Shown one piece after another: positions 35,341 through 53,800 of a DNA stretch of 64,000 nucleotides. Origin of the DNA: the human T2T-CHM13v2.0 reference genome, Homo sapiens. The notes under the pieces are model-generated. The model did not search any database, was not told the origin of the DNA, and saw only the letters and a program-made list of their open reading frames with translations. The position numbers were made by a program, and so were the translations under genes. Each line of letters starts with the position of its first letter. Within the stretch, counting starts at the first letter, position 1. The stretch lies in the NCBI RefSeq assembly GCF_009914755.1, contig NC_060936.1. One strand, written 5' to 3'.

Positions 35341-36724
35341 GCACCAAAGCAACCCATACCTCGGCTCCCAGTTCCTTAGGGAGAGTGGGGAATAAACTCC
35401 CATGGCAACCCAGAAAGGCAGTCCTCTCCCCTTCCCCAGGCTGGACTGCCCAAACCTGCCCGGCCTGACTGCTCTAGAAAGGGCACCTTAGTGTCCATGG
35501 AGAGGTGGCACCAGGGCAGGTGGCACCAGGTTTCAGTTACCGCCCCTTCTTAGTAAACCCAGAAAGCCGTCTAGACAGTTCTGGGCATGCAAAGCCCCAC
35601 TCAAGACTGGGCTGAAGAATCGGACTCTCCTTCCCGTCTTTGCTATGCCTGCCCTCTGCTGGAGGAACTCATGAACGGCAGCTGGTTAGAAGGGAAGGAG
35701 TGAGCCAGAAGCACCAGGGCTCCAAACCCCACCCATCCTTTAGGGTCCAACTCAAATGTCGCTTCCTCCAGGTAACCTCCTCTGATTCCCGCAGCTGAAA
35801 GCAAGCTCTCTGCTGTAAGCCCCCACGCCCTTCCTCTACGCGTCCCTAATGGTGCCGTCTACCTTATGTCCTGGTTATGCATTACATGTTACCTCCTCAG
35901 CTCATCTGTGAGCTCCCAGGGGAAGAGGATTTTTTTTGTTGCTGGAATTTACTCCCAAAGGATTTTGCACCTCCCTAGAAATATCTCCCACAACTAAGCC
36001 CTAAATTCACATCATTAAAGAGAGCCTTTTGAATTCAAGTGTTGTATCTCTAAAAAGGCCCAATTAAAATGTAACTATGAAAAGACATAACCAAGTTGCC
36101 TGGACTGTGAGTCATTAAACATTTAGGACATTAGCAAATTAATAGAGCTCAGAGTGCGGAGAGCCGAGGTGTTATCAGAAATGTTTTGGGTGCCAAAGAA
36201 AGATGAGAAAAGGAAGAAGGGTAAAGAAAAAAAGAGGAAAAAGTTGAGCATGAGGAACTTCTGAAGAGAGTTGACTGGATAAAGCTGGGGAGGGGCTGGG
36301 GGGTTGGAGGGAGGCAGGAGGGTAATAAAGTCCCATTTACCCTGGGGTAGAGATTCCAGAAGAACAGGTGGGGGACACATATCAATAGTGCCATTTTATC
36401 TTGTGGACCCAAAAAGAAGTTACTGGGTCCAAATGCCAAAAAAAAAAAAAAAAAAAGCCCAGTAAAACAAAATTTATAAATGCTTAATTAGATATCAGTA
36501 AAACATAACATTGTCAATTTCATTAATTGTTAAATTTAGTATTTATAAATATTTATTCCATTTGAAAAGAATTTTGTGGGTTAGATTTTTTTCACTTCTT
36601 AAGAATTCCTGGGTAGAGATGGTGACTCCTGAGTAATCGTAGCCAATAATAAATTAAATATTACTCATCGCCAAATAATTTCCAAAGCAAAATTATAAAA
36701 TTCCTTTCAAACTTACAGGGCAGG

Positions 36725-36994
<270 letters not shown>

Positions 36995-38808
36995 TTATAG
37001 GGCAAATTATATTTAACATAGGATATGAGTGTGTTTTAATATATTTGCTATAATAAAACTAGGAGTCTCTGGGGCTTACAAAGTTCTTAAAATGGCCTTT
37101 AATATCAAAGATCAATTTCCTCCATCTGCTTCACAACAGTTTCACCCTAGATGATATCAGAGTCCTCACCTTTCATAAGCAGACAAAGCACCCAGAGACA
37201 AACTGCTTTCTTTTCTTCAACACAATTTGAATTTACCTTCTTGTCCACCTGCATGGGCAAATTAGTTGGTGATTAAATGCTTAGAATAGCTAACTATAAA
37301 GTTTTTCTGCTCTCAAGGAACTTTCCAGAGGGAAACAATGTTATCATTTCTTCTGTATATTTTCTGTGCATTTTATGTATTTCCAATCAAAAACTAAATA
37401 CATATTCTCCAACTTCTCCTTTTAAACAAACATTAATATTCTGTGTATGTTGCTCACATTGCTATATTCCTCTTTTTTTCTACTTAACAATTGAATCCCC
37501 CTTGTAGAGCCCATAATTATTAGGAAATTAACAGTAACTCTCCCTCCACAATGGTCGAAAGGGGGAGTAAAGTACAGCCTTTAAGAGGTAGGAGCAATTT
37601 GCATCCAGAAAACACTGAGCTACTGAATGTAGTCAAAGAGAGCCCCTAAGTCATTTTATGCAGAAATAATTTAGACACTGGCAGAGCATGTCAAAGTCAG
37701 GGATATGGACTGGGTGAGCTTGTAGAAACCTGATGGCCAAGAGTGACAATTCTTCAGTGCAAGAGAAATGGTGCTGGGGAAAACCAGAGCCTTGTCTTTC
37801 TCCTCCCCTTCCTCCTCTTCCTCTTCCTCCTCTCCCACTTTTCTTTCCTCGCTTATTCTTGCTGGAAAAAAAAAAAAAGGTTGCCAAGAAGGCTGCAGGA
37901 ATAGCCAAACGCAAGCAAAGAGAGGCTGATTATTCCATAAAAGCTGCACACACACTGGTGGCGGGGCGGGGGCGGGGGGGGATGGTGCAGGCAGCAGAGA
38001 ACAGAGCTGTCATGCAAGCAGCCAGGGAAGCCGGGGCTGTCCATCCTTAGGAGGGAAAAGGAAGGAAGTCCCAGGTTTAGTCAAGTCATGTTTTCTTGAC
38101 TTGTATTTAGAAACTTGGAGAATTCTACAGTGAAGTGATATTTATTTCGTGGCTGCTGTGCACCAGGCAGTAGGACACAGCAGGGAGCCAAACAGATAAC
38201 AGTCCTGGTTTCATGCCGCTGACTTTCTAGACAGGGAAAAGCCAGTAAGCGAACACATGGCACATGTATGTGACATAAGAGCAGGCTGTGATCAGTGCCA
38301 CAAAGACACAGAAAGAGGGTAAGGGGACGGAGAATGATGGGGTTATATGTGAGGTGTGTGCCTTTAGCCAGGGTAGGCAGGGGAGGCCTTTCGGAAGGGG
38401 TGGTGTCTGGGCGGAGACACAAATAAAGATTCCATCTCTGGGTAAAGTGGGTCCCAGCACGGAAGCCCTGGGTCTTGGCAGTGTGCGGGGGCTTGGTGGA
38501 GATGAGGCCACGTGGGGCAGAGTCCCAGGGAGAGGCTCATCCACAGGTGAGACCAGCACTAAAACAAATGAAACGGAATAGAGTAGAAAAGAAACATCAT
38601 AGTGCACCGGGAGTAATACAGTGGGGATTGTCTGGGGACATTTCTGTTGCAGATATATACATGTGTATGTAGTAGGTTATAACTGAAAGAGTCTTTTCCA
38701 GTCAGAAAAGTGTCAAAGCCCCTGAAACGAAGGTACAGAATCTGGACGCGGATTATCTTCATGCATATATATTAGTATATATACATATATACATATATAT
38801 AGTAGTAA

Positions 38809-40020
<1,212 letters not shown>

Positions 40021-40270
40021 TATATATTTATTATATATATTTATTATATTTTAATATATATAATATAATAAATATTTAAATATATATATATTAAATATAT
40101 ATATATTTAAAATATATAAATATTTATATAATATAATATATATTTAAATATATAATATATTTAAATATATATTATATTATATAAATATTTAAAATATATT
40201 TAATAAAATATAATAATTTAATATAATTTATTATAAAATATTTTAATTAAATAATATATATTTTAATATA
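40021..40270. repeat. AT-only low-complexity tract
   Basis: About 250 bp containing only A and T, with TA repeats. Confidence 0.95.
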
Positions 40271-40564
40271 ACGACTGCCCTGCAGTCATCACTTTGTTGG
40301 GATTTTTCCTAGCAAAATTTTACATATTTATGCTATTACCTTGGGCATGAGCTGAAGGGGTGAAGTGAGGAGGTAGAGACTACTTGTCCCTCAACCTTCT
40401 AAAATTGCAGAGTTTTAGCTAGGTATGAGGTCACCCAGGTAAACTTACATTTGCTAGCCTATTTGCAGCTAGGTGTGTCTATTAACTTAACTCTCACCAG
40501 CAGTGCGTAGATGGATGTGGTGAGCCACTCCCAAGTTTTTGCTCTTAAAAAGACTGAGCATGAA

Positions 40565-40866
<302 letters not shown>

Positions 40867-42179
40867 ACGACTGAGCATGAGCGAGCTCCCCAGGTGCCGC
40901 TCCTCCTCCCTGCTGGCCGACAGATGGTGAAATCCACAGCAGTCCTTTTCTAACCAGCTGCAGCAGCACAGACCTGCACCCCTTGTTGGGCAGTGCTTCC
41001 CGGCAGCTGAACTGAGGGAGTCCCACAATCTGTTCTCTGTCCCTAGGAGTCTTGACAACGCCGCACAGGCAGGACAAACAGGCAGACAAGGCAATCAGAG
41101 AGTGGACATCACCATCAAGACAGCCCACACGTGGGTGGCCAGCTAAAAGCAGGTCTAGGGAAACTGTGCTTAGGGAGAGATAAGCGGCCTGGGCACCAGT
41201 AGGCTCTGAGCCCTCCAGCCACAGCCCACCTTGCCACTCTCTCCAGAGGTGGCTGGGCAGAGGTGGTGAGGCTCAGAGGCTTGGCTCAGGCAGCCAGATC
41301 GAGGTCTGAGACCCAGCTCCTCACTGTCAGTGGACGGTAAGTTGCCTTGGTTAGTTGCCAAAGGGGGACAGGATTCCGATTTCACTTTTCTTCCACCTCT
41401 TCGCTACTCCCTTTTAAATATGACCAACGCTAAATGATCAGAAACTGTGAAATGTTTGAGGAATAAAAAGAACTCAATGATATTCGGAATCCCTGGGTAA
41501 GGATCAAGGGAAACTAACGTTCATTGAGTTTCTACTATATGCCAACAGTGTGTCACACAGACTATATGATTTTATCTCTATATTTTATCTCTCACTGTTA
41601 AGTGGGAGAAGGTGGTCAGAGAGATTAGGTAACTTCCCCAAGTTGCACAGCAGACAATTGGCAGAACTGGGATTAGACTCAAGGCCGCCTGTCCCCAGCT
41701 CCTGCTCTTACCTTGTCATCGCTGGACCTCCCTGGGTGCGCGGGGGCCTGCTGTACGTTTAGTATTTGTTACTTGGCTCTGTTCTTTCTGGAAGAGTTAT
41801 TTGTTGGAACTCAGCTTAGGAGGCCCATCATTCAGTCGCCTTGGCTCCCTTTTCTTCTGGGCAGTTGTGGTGGACACTGCTCTTCTCTGACACTGAACCT
41901 TCGTGGGTGTCATGCGTTCCATCCTGCAGCCCTGGGTTCGTCTGGGTCATCCCCTATCATCCCTGATGGAAGAGCTGTCAGCAGGGTCCCTGAACAGAAG
42001 CCACAGAGTCACTGCCTGGTGGTGTGGAACAAATTCAGGGGCTTCTATGAAAACAGGTGGAATGCTTGTGTTTTTTCTCTTGCCCAGTGATGGCTGCTAA
42101 CATCATCTGAATGGCCTGGTGCTTGATGCATGAGCTTCTGAGTTAGACAGCCTGGGTTTGTCTCCAAGGCTTGCTACTA

Positions 42180-42650
42180 TTAAGGCTATCTGTTGCTCTG
42201 TAACAAACTACCTGGAGACATGGCGGCAAGTGTTTTATTATAGCACATGAATTTGTGGGTTGGGAATTCAGACAGGGCCGGCATGTCCATCTGGCATCAC
42301 CTGAGGTCACTTGATATTCAGCAGTGACACCAAGCAATTGAGCTGGTCTGAAGGGCCCAAGACGGTTTCACTCACATATCTGGTGTGTTGCTGGGTGAGC
42401 TGGAGGGCTGCACTCAGTGGGGCCGGTGTCTCCTTCCATGTGGCCTCAGGACCTCCCCACATGGTCTGTCAGCACGGGAGTCAGACTTCTTACACGGCCG
42501 TTGGTGCTCCAAGAGACCAGGCTGCCAGGCCTTCTAAAGGCTAAGTGGGGAACTCACGGAGCACCCTCTCTGCTGTTCTGTATTATAGGCCAGAGCAGTG
42601 AGAGGTCTGCCCAGATTCAAGAGGAGGGAAGACAGACCTCCCCTTCTGTG
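42180..42650 (-). mobile_element. MLT1 LTR
   Basis: taaggctatctgttgctctgtaacaaactacc…gcccagattcaagaggaggg. Confidence 0.7.
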
Positions 42651-42729
42651 GCAGGAGTACCATATCAAATAGCTTCTGGCCATGTTTCTTCCATCAGTGC
42701 AGCTCACAAGTCTGTGTCCTTGGGTACAT

Positions 42730-44149
<1,420 letters not shown>

Positions 44150-45119
44150 TAGAGAAAAGTGGAGGTGCCACACGACACCGAATCTACCAGTGACCTTTCT
44201 GGTCATAACTTTCAGTCAGGTACCAGTGGAATAGGATGGATGCTGCCTTGCAGAGAAGCTGATGATTCCACCATAAACCAGTGCAAAGAAACATGCTCCA
44301 CCTTACAACAGGGTAAGGCAAGTTCCTCCTGGAAAAGCTAAGAAGAAAATCTCAGAACAAAACCAGAATGAAGGAGCAAAACTGTCAGAGGCTGTCAGGA
44401 AGGATGGGTACAGGTAGTGCCACCCAGCCTGCACTTGGGGGTTTTGCAGAGTTCAGGGAGCAGCTGCTGACATGGAGGCTCTGGAAGATGCCCAGTGGAT
44501 GGGCATTTGGGTAATCCCAACATCACAGACTCCCAAGGTTACCACAGAAGGAGATGGCATCATTGAGTCTCAGGGTTGGGAGGAATCTCAGAGGCCCTAC
44601 CAGATGCAGAATAACTTCTCCATTCTAGAAAAGTGGTCAATGTCTGCTTGTCACTGCACACCCAAGTGGAAGGTGACTCATCTGGCATTCATTTATTTTG
44701 TGTACATCTCTGATAGTTATTCTCTCTTAATTAAGGAAAATCTTTCCTGGAATGTCCACCCGGTGGTCCTAGTTCTGGCAGCACACAAACAAATCCAATA
44801 ACACACGCTAGTCTTCTAGACATCTTAAATCAGTTCCCCATCCCCGCCGAGCCTTCTCTTCACCAGGACAAACAACTCTAGCTCCTTCTGCTGTGTCTCA
44901 GTGACTCCCCTGAACTCCATTTACCAACCTCATGATTTTTCTTTTGACCTTCACTTTCTAGAAAAACAAAGCAAAATAAAATAACGCAGATACCCTAGAG
45001 CCAAAAACCAAAATACCATTTAATTCATGTGTGTTCCCTTTCTACTCTTTATCACTCTGCTGACACCTTCCTGTGTGGTTGCTATCACAGTGCTTTAGGA
45101 TACTACCTTTTTCACGTAA

Positions 45120-45585
45120 TGGGATGGATTTAAAAATGCCACAAATTCTTTGCTGATCTTCCCATCCAGAGATGGCACCTATTTCTCCCCCCTTTGAATC
45201 TGGGCTGGCCTTTTGGTGTGTTTTAGCCAATAGAACATGGCAGAATAGTAAGACTTCCAAGCCAGAATCGAGAGGACTAGTGGTTCCCACCTTGGTCCTC
45301 TTGGGATTCTGCCCCAAGACCATCATGCAAAGAATTCCAGGATGTGAGACCTGGTGGAGTGAGACGCCTGGCCATCCTGAACATTCCAGCCATTGTAGCC
45401 AAGGCCCCAGACACACAAGTGAGGCTGTTCTGTACCATCCAGCCCTGAATGCAGCTTTGAGTGGGGCCAGGAGAGACCAGAGCTGCCCTTCCAACCCACG
45501 TCATGGTATGAAATAATATATTGTTGATGTTTTAAGCTACTGAATTTTGGGCAGTTTATTATGCAGCAATAGATAACTGATATGT
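45120..45585 (+). mobile_element. MLT1 LTR
   Basis: aaaatgccacaaattctttg…ttttaagctactgaattttgggcagtttattatgcagcaatagataactgata end. Confidence 0.8.
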
Positions 45586-45771
45586 TTATAGTAGAAGTCA
45601 TTTTATCAAGTGCTTTTTGCTCTACACTTACCCAGAGGGTTTTGTTCTCTTGCGATAATAAAATATTTATCTACGGACCTTCTCTTAGCAAGGTGTCTCC
45701 AGCCTAGGGCCCCCTGCCATGGGGGGAGGGATTCCAGCTATCTCATTGTGCCAATCAGCTGGCATTGCTAG

Positions 45772-46135
<364 letters not shown>

Positions 46136-47244
46136 TAAATGACAGTTGTCACAGAAAAACACGATGTCTGAAACTGACAGTAAAGAAGAGTGTTCTTCAG
46201 TGGCAGGTATCTCACTAATATTGGGAGGGGAGGAGTCAGCAAGCTAAAGGAAACATGGCAGATGGGAGAGGCCAATGGCAGCATCTCTTGTGGAATCAAG
46301 AAAGGAATGGAATAGCTTCCATTTCCAACAAGTTGTGTTTTTTTGTTTTTTGTTTGTTTGTTTTTTATCTTTTTTGGGTCTTTGGATTCCCAGTTAGTGA
46401 GGTATTAGCAGAGTTACAGAAATCAATTCATTCCAGCAAACAATTTTGACCACCTATTAAGAACCATACCCCACACACAGGGGGACAGAGTTAAACAACA
46501 CAGTGTCTGCCCTCAGGTAGGTTCATTTAGAGTTGTTCAAATCCAGATGCGTTGGCTGCAAGTAGCAATGAATGTAAAGATTTCAAGACATCTGCAGTAG
46601 CTGTGCTGTAACATGACAATATCTGTGGGTTTTATTGATGACAAATTCATAGGTACTGCTAATCCTATTGGAGTTTGTTGCCTACATTCATAATTGAAGA
46701 AAATGCTAATTTTCAGTTAGTAATCAGAAAAATAAAGATTTTTTTCCCATTAGAGTTCACAGGCCCCCTAAATCTTTCCACAGATGCTAGCTTCAGAACC
46801 CCTGTGTCCAGAGCAATAGCAGAGGTGAGAAAATAAAACAGTCGTTTCCATGTTATCACAGCGCAGGTGCTCACCTCTCACCACACAAGATGCTGAAACT
46901 GTTCAAAGTAGCTGGGGGAGCCCAAGCGCCTTCTGGGGTGACTCCAGGAACTGGACAGTCAGGCATTCTTGGAGCCATCTGGCTTTCGCACCCTTTGATG
47001 AATCCACACCAATCTCCTCTCCACTGACAGCCCCTCCTCTGGCTCCTTATTTCTGCTCCTGTAAAACTTTGACTTGCAGGGCTTTGTTTTGCCATGGTGC
47101 TTTATTTTCTGAATTTTTAGAAAACATTTGAAATAATTTTAAACTTACAATTGCAAAAATGGTATAGATAACAGAGTATACACTCATGTTCACCAAATTT
47201 TTAACATTTTTGTCATACATATTTGTTTTATCATTCCCTCTATC

Positions 47245-48310
47245 TGTTGTGGGAAGTCAGGGACCCCAAACGGAGGGACCGGCTGAAGCCATGGCAGAAG
47301 AACGTGGATTGTGAAGATTTTATGGACATTTATTAGTTCCCCAAATTAATACTTTTATAATTTCTTATGCCTGTCTTTACTGCAATCTCTAAACATAAAT
47401 TGTAAAGATTTCATGGACACTTATCACTTCCCCAATCAATACCCTTGTGATTTCCTATGCCTGTCTTTACTTTAATCTCTTAATCCTGTCAGCTGAGGAG
47501 GATGTATAACGCCTCAGGACCCTGTAATAATTGCATTAACTGCACAAATTGTACAGCATGTGTGTTTAAACAATATGAAATCTGGGCACCTTGAAAAAAG
47601 AACAAGATAACAGCAACGTTTAGGAAACAAGAGAGATAACCTTAAACTCTGACCACCGGTGAGCTGGGCGGAACAGAGCCATATTTCTCTTCTTTCAAAA
47701 GCAAATGGGAGAAATATTGCTGAATTCTTTTTCTCAGCATGGAACATCCCTGAGAAAGAGAATACGCACCTGGGGGTGGGTCTCTGAACTGACCCCTCTG
47801 GGCGTGGTCGTCTCTTACGGTCGAGACTGCAGAGATGAAATAGACTCCAGTCTCCCATAGCACTCCCAGGCTTATTAGGAAGAGGAAATTCCAGCCTAAT
47901 AAATTTTGGTCAGACCTGTTGATCTCAAAACCCTGTCTCCTGATAAGATGTTATCAATGACAATGGTGCCCGAAACTTCATTAGCAATTTTAATTTCGCC
48001 TCTGTCCTGTGGTCCTGTGATCTTGCCCTGCCTCCACTTGCCTTGTGATATTCTATTACCTTGTAAAGTAGTTGATGTCTGTGACCCACACCTATTCACA
48101 CACTCCCTCCCCTTTTGAAACACCATAAAAACTTGCTGGTTTTTGCAGCTTGTGGGGCATCACAGAACCTACCGACATGTGATGTCTCCCCTGGATGCCC
48201 AGCTTTAAAATTTCTCTCTTTTGTACTCTGTCCCTTTATCTCTCAAGCCGGCCAATGCTTAGGGAAAATAGAAAAGAATCTATGTGAATATCGGGGCAGA
48301 TTCCCCGATA
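47245..48310 (+). mobile_element. MER11 solo LTR (HERV-K11/HML-8)
   Basis: TGTTGTGGGAAGTCAGGGACCCCAAACGGAGGGACC start, ~1.07 kb long, 6-bp TSD tctatc on both sides. Confidence 0.92.
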
Positions 48311-48399
48311 TCTATCCATGTATATGTATGTGTTATATACATACATACATATATCTATAATGTATGCTGTACCTATATTTTATATGTATACACACAGTT

Positions 48400-50740
48400 T
48401 CCTAAAACAGTTTGAGAGTAGGTTGCATACATCATGTCCCTTTACTCCTAAATACTTCAGTGTGCGCACTAAATAGGGATATTCTCTTACATTTTCACAT
48501 TACAGTGATCAAGTTCAGGAAATTTAACATTGGCATATAACTTTCATCTAATCTATGCTGCATATTCCAATGTTTTCACTTGCCCTAGTGATGTCCCTCA
48601 TGGCCATCCTTTCCCTCTACAGCAGGGGTCCCCAGCCTTTTTGGCACCAGGGACTGATTTTGTAGAAGACAATTTTTCCACCGACTGGGGGGGATGGTTT
48701 GGGGATGATTCAAGTTCATTACATTTATTGTGCCCTTTATTTCTATTATTATTACATTGTAATATATAATGAAATAATTATACAACTCACTCACCATAAT
48801 GTAGAATTAGTGGGAGCCATGGGCTTGTTTTCCTGCAGCTAGATGGTCCCGTCTGGGGGTGATGGGATACAGTGACAGATCATCAGGCATTAGATCGTCA
48901 TAAGAAGCATGCAACCTAAATCTCTCGCATGCAGAGTTCACAACAGGGTTTGTGCTCCTGTGAGAATCTAATGCCCCTGCTGATCTGACAGAAGGCAGAA
49001 CTCAGGCAGTAATGCAAGCTCTGGGGAGCGGCTGTGAATACGGATGAACCTTCACTAGCCCACTGCTCACCTCCTGCTGCATGGCCTGATTCCTAACAGG
49101 CCACGGGATTGGGGACCCTGCTCTAACAGGACCCAGCCCAGGAAGGGGTGCTGCATTTGGCTCTCCCACATTTTCAGCCCCCTTCCTTCTGGAAGAGCAC
49201 CTCAGTCTGTCTTTGTCTTTCAAGTCAATATTTCTGAAGTATACACACCAGTTATTTTACAGAGTGTCCTTCAGTTTGAGTTTCTCTGATGTGTCCTTGT
49301 GATTAGACATAGGCTATACATATTTGGCTAGAACAATATATAAGTTATATATGTTTCCTTGGGAAATCACATCTGAGAGTGTGTGATATTTATTTGTCCC
49401 TTATTGGTGATAATGCATTGCTTAGTTTCTGCACTATATATTTACTATTTTTCCTTTGTAACTAATAACTCACTTGTGAATGGATATTTTGAGACTATGT
49501 AAATGTTGTGTTGTTCCTCAAACCTCCCCCTGTATCTGCCTTGATTTCGATGCATTGATGGCTCTTTCCTAAATCCATTTTTACTATGGCAGTTGTAAAA
49601 TCATTACTTTTTAAACGTCACTTCTTCCGTATTTATCTGTCAGTGTCTATCATTTATCTGTTTCTTATTACTATGAACTCATGGATTTTTATTTTATTCA
49701 ATGGGTTATGACTCTCCTTAACTATTTTGATGTTTAAATTTTTTATGGCCCAGATTTTGCCAGTGGAAATCTCATAAAGCTGATTGCTGTGTCTTTTATT
49801 ACATATGCTCATCATATTTTTGAAGCACTTCCTCACTCTCAGGCATACTAAGGCATTCCAGGCTCATCTTGTGCCTTCCCTGCTTCAGCTCTGGAATCAG
49901 CAATTTCTCCAAGGAGCCCTGATTCACAAACAAAGATATGCTCTCAGTCAATAAACACATAAAAACATGTCAATATCATTAATCATCAGGAAATTCATAT
50001 TAAAATCACAATGATATACCACTACACACTCACCAGAATGGCTAAAATTCAAAGAATGACAATTAAAAAACATCGACAAAGATGCAGATGACTAAAATGC
50101 ACACCAACTGCTGTTGAAGCCACTTTGAAAAAAATTAAGTTTTTTATAGCTACACTTAGAAAGCTTTTATACTTACCATGTGACCTAGAAATCGTAATCC
50201 TACATATCAACCTAAGAGCAATGAAAATGTGTGTCCACACAAAGACTTGTACATGAACATTCATAGCCACTTTATTCATAATTGTAAAAAATTAGGAACA
50301 ACTCAAATGTTCATTAACAGGTGATTGGATCAATACATTGTGGCGTATCCAGGCACTGGACTACTGCTCTGTAACAGATAGAAGTGAACTCTGATGCACA
50401 CCGCAACACGGATGTTAATCTCAGAAACATCCTGCTGAGCCAAAGAAGCCAGACACAGAAGAGTATATACTGTATGATTCCATTTACATAAAACGCCAAA
50501 GAACACACACCTAATCCATGGTGGTAGAAGCAGCTAAGGGGTTACCTGAAGCTGGTGGGAAGTGTGGGGCTTGCCTGGGGAGAAGTATTATAAGGGAACT
50601 TTATGAGGTGATGGAAATGTTCTATATTTTGATTTGGTGAGGAGTGGTGGTTACAAGGTTGCATGCATTCATCGAAACACATCAAATTGTATCCTTAGAA
50701 TGGATTCACTTTACTATATGTAAATTATACTTCAAGAAAT
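48400..50740. mobile_element. Fragmented old L1M sequence
   Basis: L1M 3'UTR on minus strand to ~49920; ORF2 end and 3'UTR on plus strand 49930-50740. Confidence 0.7.
48623..49120 (-). mobile_element. MER1A hAT-Charlie element
   Basis: Ends caggggtcccca…ggggaccctg with MER1A internal sequence. Confidence 0.85.
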
Positions 50741-50744
50741 TTGA

Positions 50745-51043
50745 CCAGGTGCAGTGGCCCATGCCTGTAATCCCCAGCACTTTGGGGGACCGAGGCAAGC
50801 AGATCATCTGAGGTCAGGAGTTTGAGACCAGCCTGGCCAACATGGTAAAACCCCATCTCTACTAAGAATACCAAAAAAATTAGCCGCGCATGGTGGTGCA
50901 CGGGTGTAGTCCCAGCTACTCAGGAGGCTGAGGCAGGGAGACTCGCTTGAACCCAGGAGGCAGGGGTTGCAGTGAGCAGAGACTGCACCACTGCACTCCA
51001 ACCCGGACGACAGAGTGAGACTCTGTCTCAAAGAAAAAAAAAA
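50745..51043 (+). mobile_element. AluS
   Basis: Full Alu. Confidence 0.9.
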
Positions 51044-52585
51044 TTACACTTCGAGAAATTTAATGAAAAAGCTATATAAAAAGGCATGCATAGAGAGTTA
51101 TCACTTTCTTCCTTGTCCCTTCCACTGAGTATTGTGCTGGAGCCAGCTTGTCCTGGCTTACAAGAGCCCATTCTGTACACCTCTGTAGGTAGCTTGAATA
51201 CAGTGGGAGTATTTACACCAAGGAAACGCCAGTGTTACAAAGCAGGACTTTTGCAGGTTGTTTTGCGTGGATCTGGTTTCCCGCCCACTACGGCCTCTGC
51301 TTTGTCTACTCCCCACTCCAGCAGGTAACCCATGTCACTGGTTTCTGGTTTAATTTGCCTGTGTCTTTTTGTAAAAAATAAGCAAATATGTGTTTGTTTT
51401 CTCATTTCCTCTTTTTTTAACACAAAATTGATGTACTATACATGCTCTTTTGCATTTAGCAATTCAATCTGTAGCGATCATCTCCATTCTTTCTACAGCT
51501 GCATAGTGCTCTGTGTGTGACTGTACTGTAGTTTATTCAACCAATCTCCTACTTTGGGGCATTTACACGGTTTCCAGTAATTTGCAGTTACACATAATGC
51601 TGCAATAAATAACCCTGTGCCTATGTAGTTTTGTATTGTTGGAGGGGTCTCTTGAATTTAAATTCCTAAAAGTGGGATTGCTGGGCCAACTAGCAGTTCT
51701 ATTAGATATTGCCAACTTCCTCTGCATAGTGCTGTACTATTTTGTGTTTTTACCAGCAATGTAGGAGAGTGCCTGTATCCCCATGACCTTGCCAATCACG
51801 TATGTTGCTGAGCTTTCAAATTTGTGCTAATCTTATGGATGAGGAATGGTATCTCAGTGTAGTTTCAAATGCATTTCCCTTATTATGAGTGAACTGAACA
51901 CATTTTCCTGCAAAAGATATGGTACAGACTCTTGCTCCTGCCGGACAAATCCTTGCATTTGTAGAGCCCATTCTTGTCTGACCAAGCCTTGTTCTCTCCC
52001 TGAGAGAATCTGACGGGCCCCACCTGTCTGTGAATTAGTTGTCAACACAGCTGTACTCAGCTCTGATCAGCTGCCTAGGCCTGTTCAGTGATAGGGGATT
52101 GGGGGTTGAGGGGATTCTCAAAAGTGGGTGTGGAAAGAGCAGAAACTGTAAGTATGAAAGATGCTGAGTGAAAATCAGCTCTAAAATGTGTGTTGGAGCC
52201 AAGATGGCCCTTTTGCTAAGGCTGCTGTCAGACAATTCCATCATTCAATACATATTTTTTGAGTAACTACTATTCGTAAAGTACTGATATAGGCACCATA
52301 GAAGAGACTTTTTTTGTATTAAAAATGTATTACAGAACATCTCAAACATATACAAAAGTAGAGAAAATATATAATGAAGTTTGATGGACTCATGACCCTG
52401 CTATCTATCCATGCACAACTATCAACTCACTTCCATTTTTTTCCATCTATATACCATATGCCTCCCTCCCCATGGCTTTAAATCATCTCACCTGTAAATA
52501 TGTTACCCTGATTCTCCAACAGATAAGAACTCACAACTATAAGAACATAACCACAACATCATCATACCTTAAAACTTAACAGTCC

Positions 52586-52882
<297 letters not shown>

Positions 52883-53279
52883 TTAACAATAATCGCTTAA
52901 TAGCAAGTATTCACTCAGATTAGGTTTGCATGTTTGTTTATTTTTAGTTTGTTTGAATCATCACCCAAAGGTCAATATATTGCAATTGATTTCTATGTCC
53001 CTCAAGTTTCTTTTAACTTGTAGCTTCTTGCCTTCCTTTCTCTCTCTCCTTTCCCTTGTAATTTGTGTGTTGAGGAAACCATGTCATTTGTCCCATCAGG
53101 ATTTTGCTGATGGCGTGCCCCTGTGTTGTTATTTAAAATAGTCCTCCATATCCTCTATTTCTTTTAAGTTCATATTTGATGGAGGAGGGCATGACTTTTC
53201 AGACAGGCACAAAATGTACGGTTGTCTCTCCTTTTGAGATGTCAGCCAGCATGTTTGATCTATTATTCGTTCTTGAGGG

Positions 53280-53800
53280 CAGGGGTCCCCAGGCCCTGGG
53301 CCATGGACTGGTACCTGTCTGTGGCCTGTTAGGAACTGGGCTGCACAGCAGGACGTGAGCAGCTGGTGAGTGAGTGAAGCGTCATCTGTATTTACAGCTG
53401 CTCCCCATTATGTGAGTTACTGCCTGAGCTCCGCCTGCTGTTAGATCAGCTGCGGCATTAGATTCTCATAGAAGTGCAAACCCTATTGTGAACTCCGCAT
53501 GCGAGAGATCTAGGTTGCACACTCCTTATGAGAATCTAATGCCTGATGATCTTTCACTGTCTTTCATCACCCCCAGATGGGACCATCTAGTTGCAGGGGA
53601 ACCAGCTCATGGCCCCCACTAATTCTACATTATGGTGAGTTATATAATTATTTCATTATATATTATAATGTAATAATAATAGAAATAAAATGCACAATAA
53701 ATGTAATGCACTTGAATCATTCTGAAACCATACCCTGCCCTGTCTGTGGCAAAATTGCTTTCCATGAAATCAGTCCCTGGAACCAAAAAGGTTGGGACTG
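53280..53800 (+). mobile_element. MER1A
   Basis: caggggtcccca start, aaaaaggttgggactg end; homologous to the 48623 copy in opposite orientation. Confidence 0.85.
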
